From NCBI GenBank assembly GCA_041697335.1, contig JBGUGD010000039.1:199410-263409 (forward strand): DNA of 64,000 bases, given 5' to 3'. Under the pieces are notes generated by a model, which was given only the letters and a program-made list of their open reading frames with translations, made no database searches and was not told the origin of the DNA. A program made the translations under genes and the position numbers. Shown in pieces: positions 58,921 through 64,000 of the stretch. The first letter of the stretch is position 1; each line of letters starts with the position of its first letter. The stretch comes from Vampirovibrionaceae bacterium NZW_1234 (GTDB taxonomy: Bacteria > Cyanobacteriota > Vampirovibrionia > Vampirovibrionales > JAGQHJ01).

Positions 58921-60336
58921 ATGTTTAGACGCCCCCTTCGACGCCGTTCCCGCAGAGCTTTCTGGCCCATTCTGTCTCGGGTGTTTTACATCAACCCGCA
59001 AAAACAATACATGCTCATTGTCATCAGCGCCATTGCCATGGCCACGCTGGTATTTTCGGGATTGCTTCTGTTTCGCCAATCCGATCATGGGGACCTGATG
59101 ACCCGGGGCAAGTGGCTGATGCGTCAGGGCAAGGTCGCGCTTGCCGTCAAGGATTTCGAATCGCTGGTACGTCAGTACCCCAAGAGCTATGATGGCCACC
59201 TGGAGTTGGGCAAAGCCTACATGGCAATCGATGAGTCGGAAAAAGCAGCGAAGGAATTTCAGTATGCCTCGCTGCTTCGGGCCAAAAACCTGAAAGAGAG
59301 CGGTGCCCATGTAGCTATCAGCCGGATGATGGTTGCCCAGGGCAACTATCAGGATGCCGAAAAGCAACTGTTTCAAGCGTACAAGGCCCGCCCCGAAAAC
59401 CGCAAGGACAAAGAACTCCTGAGCGCCCTGACAGATCTGTATGAAGAATGGGGCGACTTTTACATGGCCAAGTCCCCACCGGACGTGGTCAATGCCTTTC
59501 CCAAGTATGTGGCGGCCCTGCGTTACGTGCGCGACTTTGAAGATCAGCGCCCGTTGGAAGACAAGCTCCACAGCACCGCAGAACACTTGGCCGACCACTA
59601 CAGCAACCTGAAAGAATATGATCAGGCCATTGCCGTTTTGAAAACCAGCTTGAAGCATGGCATGCGCCCCAACACCCTGGTTTCCATTGCAGCCTTGTAT
59701 GAAAAACGGGCCGACCTGGACAAAGCCATTTACTGGTATCGTAAGGCCTACGAGCAGGATCCCAAGATCATCAGCATCAAGTTGTCCACCATCCTGGTGC
59801 AAAAGGGCCGCGAGTTAAACGAACTGCACCGCCCTGACGAGGCCCAGAAATATTTCGAGGAAGCCGCCCACATCAACGAGACCGTCAAACTGCCCTTGGA
59901 TACCCTCTACCCGGTCGGGGCCTCCAACGTCCAGCTGACCTACCAGATCAATCCCTCGACGGTGGACATGCAGCCCACGGCCAAGTTCAACATCAACAAC
60001 GACAGCAGCTACCCCATCCAGTACCTGCGGGTCAAAGCCTTTTTCCTGACCGGCGAAAAGGACCAGGATGAAAAGCTCGGTGACGCCATGCAGGTGATTG
60101 CCACCGACAAGAATCCGCTGGCCCCCAAGGGCGAGCCCCGCGGCACCCGCCCAGTGGAAATGCAGCCGGGTGTCACCATTCCCCTGGAAGATTTGGATGC
60201 CGGCAAGCTTCGCCTCAAGGTCATGGTGACTTACAGCGACGATACCAACGCCAAGTGGGTGGAAATCAAGAACGCCGAAATCACCATCCCCGAAGCGGCC
60301 AAGATGAACGCCGACAAACCCAAGCCCACCACGTAA
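58921..60336 (+). CDS. Membrane-anchored TPR protein with C-terminal beta domain
   Basis: N-terminal TM helix, multiple TPR-like helices. Confidence 0.8.
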   Translation: MFRRPLRRRSRRAFWPILSRVFYINPQKQYMLIVISAIAMATLVFSGLLLFRQSDHGDLMTRGKWLMRQGKVALAVKDFESLVRQYPKSYDGHLELGKAYMAIDESEKAAKEFQYASLLRAKNLKESGAHVAISRMMVAQGNYQDAEKQLFQAYKARPENRKDKELLSALTDLYEEWGDFYMAKSPPDVVNAFPKYVAALRYVRDFEDQRPLEDKLHSTAEHLADHYSNLKEYDQAIAVLKTSLKHGMRPNTLVSIAALYEKRADLDKAIYWYRKAYEQDPKIISIKLSTILVQKGRELNELHRPDEAQKYFEEAAHINETVKLPLDTLYPVGASNVQLTYQINPSTVDMQPTAKFNINNDSSYPIQYLRVKAFFLTGEKDQDEKLGDAMQVIATDKNPLAPKGEPRGTRPVEMQPGVTIPLEDLDAGKLRLKVMVTYSDDTNAKWVEIKNAEITIPEAAKMNADKPKPTT

Positions 60337-60484
60337 ACAAAAAAAACGCCCTGAATCCCGATGGGCCAAGAGCGTTACATTCGTGATCATATTTTTTGTT
60401 ACTCCACGTATCGTGAGAGTCCCGGAAAGCTGAAGGTCGGTTAAGAAAACGTTTCACTCATAGGCCTTACAGCCCCAAAACACC

Positions 60485-60547
60485 AAAAAACACCGTCCCA
60501 TCAAGGGGTTCGGTGCATTTTTTCCGGTTCCATTTTTTGATTTGATA
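60485..60547 (-). ncRNA. Candidate sigma28-driven sRNA 1
   Basis: Downstream of promoter 60554-60580; ends in imperfect hairpin CACCG..CCC/GGG.CGGTG plus T6. Confidence 0.5.
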
Positions 60548-60553
60548 GATCAC

Positions 60554-60580
60554 GTATCGACCGGTTTTTTGAAAACTTGA
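60554..60580 (-). promoter_or_regulatory. Sigma28-type promoter, repeat copy 1
   Basis: TCAAGTTT-N11-GTCGATAC. Confidence 0.65.
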
Positions 60581-60634
60581 GGGTCATCGTTAAAAATCGA
60601 AAAAAATTATCCCGAAGAGGCGATATCATTTCGG

Positions 60635-61318
60635 TTAATCCAAATTGGCTTGGGCCCGAAGGGCAACCGCATCGAGCACCACGAGTCCCCGTTCGGTGTC
60701 CCCCACAACATGCTGTTCCTTCAGGCGCTTGAGCGCCCGGGACAAGGTTTCCGGCACAGTACCGAGCAGCGCGGCCAGGGTCTTCTTCTGAACCGAGATG
60801 GCAGCCTCAGGCTGCGGGGCGGTCTCCATGGCATGGAGCAGATACCGGGCCAGCCGGGTATCGACACTGTGGAGTGACAGGTCTTCAATCAGCCGGTTAA
60901 ACTCCTGAAGACGATGTGACAGGCGCGCCAGCATCCGCATCAGGATTTCCGGCCGTGTGGCCACCAGGGCTTTAAAGGCCGTGGCCTCAATGGCGAGGAC
61001 ATCCGTTGGTTTCAAACACATGGCATAGGCCGGATAGGCCGCAATGCCGCCAAAAACCAGATGTTCGGCAAACACCTCACCGGGCTCCACCAGATGCAGC
61101 ACCATTTCTTTCCCTTCCGGGCCGATTTTATAAGCCTGCACCAGCCCCGAAATTACGAGAAAAAAGGCGTCCACCGGATCCCCCTGGGCAAAGATCAGGG
61201 TTCCGGCCTCATAGCTTCGCCGTGTGGCAACCGCCGCCATGGCCTGACGATCTTCCGGAGTCAGGGGCTCAAAAAACGCAGCCTGGTCTAAAACCGCTTC
61301 AACAGCCTGATGGGCCAT
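60635..61318 (-). CDS. Crp/Fnr family transcriptional regulator (Dnr/HcpR/NssR-like, no Fnr Cys cluster)
   Basis: IFAQGD, GEVFAE, RLARYL, LAALLGTVPETLSRAL HTH. Confidence 0.92.
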   Translation of the reverse strand: MAHQAVEAVLDQAAFFEPLTPEDRQAMAAVATRRSYEAGTLIFAQGDPVDAFFLVISGLVQAYKIGPEGKEMVLHLVEPGEVFAEHLVFGGIAAYPAYAMCLKPTDVLAIEATAFKALVATRPEILMRMLARLSHRLQEFNRLIEDLSLHSVDTRLARYLLHAMETAPQPEAAISVQKKTLAALLGTVPETLSRALKRLKEQHVVGDTERGLVVLDAVALRAQANLD

Positions 61319-61404
61319 AGCCTTCCTCGTAACACGTCAAATACAGGTAACCTGGCCTTATCCTAGCACAGTTTATAGCCGCCGGGTGTGCTTTTGGGAA
61401 CACG

Positions 61405-61420
61405 CTTGACTTGGGTCAAG
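61405..61420. promoter_or_regulatory. Crp/Fnr-family operator
   Basis: Palindrome CTTGAC-TTGG-GTCAAG about 30 nt upstream of a TACACT -10 box (61443-61448), class II geometry. Confidence 0.75.
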
Positions 61421-61535
61421 GCGCTTTTGAACCGACGTGGGGTACACTAAAGGAACAAAGCACCCCCGGAATTGGCCCCGATGCGGCCACGGGAAACCGC
61501 TTGACTGATGAACACCCATCTTGGAGACTGCCCCT

Positions 61536-62045
61536 ATGAGTTTAAATACCGCGTTATTAAGTGACACCTTGAAACGGGCCCAAACGGAAAACGGCGGGAT
61601 TCGGAGCCTCGGGCTTCGGTTCTACGAGCGCCTGTTTGAGAAGTACCCGGCCGTGCGGCCCCTGTTTATCACCCCGCCCGAAGAGCAGCATAAAAAGCTG
61701 ATGGCCTCGCTGGGTGCCATTGTGGCTGGCGTCAACCACCTGGATTTGCTGGTGCCCTACCTGCATGCCATGGGCATTCGCCATCTGAAGTACAAGACCG
61801 AGCCCGGGCATTACGCTGCCGTGGGCGAAAACCTCTTGGCCGTGTTGAAAGAGCACTTGTCAAAAGAAGGCGAGTGGACCGACGAGATGCAGACGGCCTG
61901 GGCCGAAGCCATCGAAGTGGTAGCCACGGTGATGATCGAAGCCGCCAACAACCCGGCTCATTATGAAGACGAACTGGTCAAGGCCGGGTATCAGCCGGAC
62001 GGTTTCAAGGCTGCCGATCCCGAACCCTGGCTCCTGGCTGTCTAA
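61536..62045 (+). CDS. Single-domain globin (Vgb/Cgb-like)
   Basis: FYERLFEKYPAVRPLF, EQHKKL, MGIRH, HYAAVGENLL; GGAG RBS. Confidence 0.9.
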   Translation: MSLNTALLSDTLKRAQTENGGIRSLGLRFYERLFEKYPAVRPLFITPPEEQHKKLMASLGAIVAGVNHLDLLVPYLHAMGIRHLKYKTEPGHYAAVGENLLAVLKEHLSKEGEWTDEMQTAWAEAIEVVATVMIEAANNPAHYEDELVKAGYQPDGFKAADPEPWLLAV

Positions 62046-62077
62046 ACCAACACAGCTCATTTCCCCCTGAAAAATCC

Positions 62078-62168
62078 AAAAGCGCCTTTGAGAACCTCAA
62101 GGGCGCTTTACTCGTATCTCTAAAATACCTGTAGGTTAATGAGTGAATTTGGAACTGTTGAATCGATA
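62078..62168 (-). ncRNA. Candidate sigma28-driven sRNA 2 (shares the bidirectional terminator 62078-62109 with the globin gene)
   Basis: Downstream of promoter 62175-62201; stem AAAGCGCCTTTGAG/CTCAAGGGCGCTTT. Confidence 0.4.
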
Positions 62169-62174
62169 GCCCAT

Positions 62175-62201
62175 GTATCGACCGGTTTTTCAAAAACTTG
62201 A
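62175..62201 (-). promoter_or_regulatory. Sigma28-type promoter, repeat copy 2
   Basis: TCAAGTTT-N11-GTCGATAC. Confidence 0.65.
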
Positions 62202-62242
62202 GGGCCATTTTGAAAAAACACAAAATCTCCGGGGTTGGTCTT

Positions 62243-62302
62243 GAAAAATCCAATGCCTCCACCCGTGGCATTCGAAAATCCAATGCTGAAAATCCAAAAT
62301 CC
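62243..62302. repeat. Short GAAAATCC(AATGC) repeats
   Basis: Copies at 62243, 62274 and 62288, including tandem AAAATCC-AAAATCC. Confidence 0.6.
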
Positions 62303-62330
62303 GACACCTGCCAAATACCCCGACAAAAAC

Positions 62331-62395
62331 AAAAAAAACCTGACAGAGCAGGCTTTTGGGGAGCATTTCTCCCGAAACTGGTTTTTTGTTTGATA
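62331..62395 (-). ncRNA. Candidate sigma28-driven sRNA 3
   Basis: Downstream of promoter 62402-62428; hairpin GGGAG/CTCCC then terminator AGCCTG/CAGGTT plus T-tract. Confidence 0.5.
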
Positions 62396-62401
62396 GATCG
62401 T

Positions 62402-62428
62402 GTATCGACCGGTTTTTTAAAAACTTGA
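62402..62428 (-). promoter_or_regulatory. Sigma28-type promoter, repeat copy 3
   Basis: TCAAGTTT-N11-GTCGATAC. Confidence 0.65.
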
Positions 62429-62553
62429 GGGTCATCTTTAAAAATCGCAAAAAATGATCGGGGACACGTTGGAAAACCGAAAAAACCGCCTCCCAAGGCT
62501 CTGGGGGACCGCCCCCATGGCTTAACACTTCTTTATCTTTTGTGAAACATCAT

Positions 62554-62580
62554 TCAAGATTTCAAAATCATTATCGATAT
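62554..62580 (+). promoter_or_regulatory. Putative sigma28-type promoter of EF-hand gene
   Basis: TCAAGATT-N11-ATCGATAT. Confidence 0.6.
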
Positions 62581-62641
62581 ATACTATATATAAAAATCCA
62601 CCTATGAAGACCAGAGAGAGAACGAGGGAGCCTGCAGCCTC

Positions 62642-63505
62642 ATGGAAATCTCGTATAATCGAGCGTTTGCAGCCTTTAAGCGGTTTGACGAAAACAACGA
62701 CAAGAAATTGTCCCGGCAGGAAATTGCCCGGGCCGCCTACGAGTTGCGCCAGGAAGGCCAATTGGACGAGGCACGGCTGTATGCTACGTTCCTCCAAGGG
62801 GGCAAGGACGGCAAGGGCCTCTACCCGGACACCAACAAGGACGGCTTCATTACCGAAGACGAGTTGAAAGCGCTCGCCGAAGCCGGGGGCAAGAAAAAGA
62901 TCATCTCCTCGGAAGACTTTCAAAAAGCCTTTCCAGGGCTAACGGGCAGCGGCAACAAAATCGATTTTGACAAGATCAAAGCGCTGGCCTACCCGGCCAA
63001 ATCCGACGACCCTAAGAAAAAGGTCACCCTCAACACCATCCAGGACATCTTTGACAAGTACGATGAAAACGAAGACGGCGTCCTGACACGCCAGGAAATT
63101 GCCCGGGCCGCCTTGGACTTACGGGCACAGGGCAAGGGCAAGGAGTTTGCCCTGATGGCGACCTTCCTGCAAGGGGGCAAAGATAAGAAAGGTCTGTTTC
63201 CCGGCAAGAACGGGGTTCTCAAGTACGAGGATCTCGTGGATCTGGCCAAAGCGTCCGGCGAAATCAGCGCCATTACCGCCGATGATTTCAAGAAAAAATT
63301 CCCGAAACTGGTGGGCGAGGGCAACAGCGTGGACATCCAGGCCCTGGAGCGAGAAGCCTACCCGGATCGCTACCAGATTCCGCAGGTCCGAGAGTTATTG
63401 GCGCTGCTCAAGCAGCTAAGCCAGTTTTTCCCGCAGATGAAGGTCGTCTACCAGCAATTCCTCAACTGGGCCAACGCCGACGACCCGGACCGCCTGAGCG
63501 TTTAG
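62642..63505 (+). CDS. EF-hand calcium-binding protein made of two tandem ~105-aa repeats
   Basis: DENNDKKLSRQE, DTNKDGFITEDE, DENEDGVLTRQE; repeated RQEIARAA...ATFLQGGKD..GL.P...AYP. Confidence 0.85.
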   Translation: MEISYNRAFAAFKRFDENNDKKLSRQEIARAAYELRQEGQLDEARLYATFLQGGKDGKGLYPDTNKDGFITEDELKALAEAGGKKKIISSEDFQKAFPGLTGSGNKIDFDKIKALAYPAKSDDPKKKVTLNTIQDIFDKYDENEDGVLTRQEIARAALDLRAQGKGKEFALMATFLQGGKDKKGLFPGKNGVLKYEDLVDLAKASGEISAITADDFKKKFPKLVGEGNSVDIQALEREAYPDRYQIPQVRELLALLKQLSQFFPQMKVVYQQFLNWANADDPDRLSV

Positions 63506-63640
63506 GACCATCTCCGTTTTCACCGAAGAGCCTGCGGCCGATCAATCTCATGCCTTCACCCGTTTTATAGGGGGCAGGAGTGATGACGACATGCATGTTT
63601 CACGTCGGTTCGGTCTCATAACCCTGTCGTCGACTGTCAT

Positions 63641-64000
63641 ATGCCAATTCCAATCCTGGGTCAAGGTTTTCACCCTGTCGGCTTTGCCCAAGCCGGCCAA
63701 GCACCTGAGCGAACATCCGTCTCTAAGGCTGCGGTTGAAATTCCCACCCCCAGCCCGTGCCGCTTCGGCGCAAAAACCAAACCGCCAACCCCCCTCAAAC
63801 AACCCTCCCTGGCCAACCGCCTGGTCCATTGGGTCAAAAAGGCCTTTGAAACCCTCTTCTGGCCCCTCACCTGGCTGTGGCAGAAGCTCACGGGTAAAAC
63901 CACCCCCATCCCCCCCGCCAAAACATCCCCGGCCTTGAAGCCCCGCGTGAAGCGCGGGGACTACCGGGTTCCCCCAGGGCTGGGCACCCCCCTTACACGC
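63641..64000 (+). CDS. Hypothetical protein (partial) with disordered N-terminus and RFG motif
   Basis: Not in ORF track; open for 120 codons to the window end: MPIPILGQ...PSPCRFGAKTKP...LVHWVKKAFETLFWPLTWLWQKL. Confidence 0.6.
   Translation, partial: MPIPILGQGFHPVGFAQAGQAPERTSVSKAAVEIPTPSPCRFGAKTKPPTPLKQPSLANRLVHWVKKAFETLFWPLTWLWQKLTGKTTPIPPAKTSPALKPRVKRGDYRVPPGLGTPLTR

Noticed and set aside
58753..59802. 349-aa minus-strand ORF
   Set aside because: Antisense shadow of the TPR gene with no recognisable motifs
60540..62460. Integron attC, dif or IS ends as the identity of the 70-bp repeat
   Set aside because: No GTTRRRY/RYYYAAC palindromic arms, no dif consensus, no inverted pairing between copies and no recombinase in the window; not fully excluded
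62005..62528. Phe/Lys-rich ORFs 62005-62496, 62120-62332 and 62190-62528
   Set aside because: They translate the A/T-tract repeats and cross terminators; the composition is not protein-like
63591..63938. 115-aa plus-strand ORF
   Set aside because: The alternative frame from ATG 63641 stays open to the window end and looks more protein-like

Overview
Mostly core chromosome of a diderm bacterium, most likely a non-photosynthetic relative of Cyanobacteria (Vampirovibrionia/Melainabacteria). That assignment is an inference from a cyanobacterial-type SLH-porin, BioU, Omp85, flagellar FlbD and the absence of photosynthesis genes here. Housekeeping genes: ilvC, lysS, bioU-bioD, ruvC, lnt, ldcA, dapF, an ArnT/GT2/flippase-bamA-skp operon, mutS-mnmE-nagZ, glycerate kinase, alaS, NrtR, hemD, cutA, mreB, trmL, kdsB, aroF, murQ, an acyl-CoA ligase, clpB-flbD and a Crp/Fnr-globin pair. 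No rRNA, tRNA, CRISPR array, transposase or integrase was recognised. The most interesting signal is non-coding. (i) Three copies of a ~70-bp repeat near 60.5 and 62.2-62.4 kb each contain a sigma28-type promoter (TCAAGTTT-N11-GTCGATAC) that points into a short stretch without a credible gene and ends in a terminator, suggesting a family of sigma28-driven sRNAs. (ii) The same promoter geometry lies upstream of several non-flagellar genes. (iii) Several orphan low-complexity proteins share an N-terminal (R/K)FG-type motif. (iv) There are further sRNA candidates at 7.8, 8.1 and 26.0 kb. (v) An ERIC/RPE-like palindromic repeat array follows lysS. (vi) kdsB apparently starts at CTG. All calls were made by eye; no searches were run.
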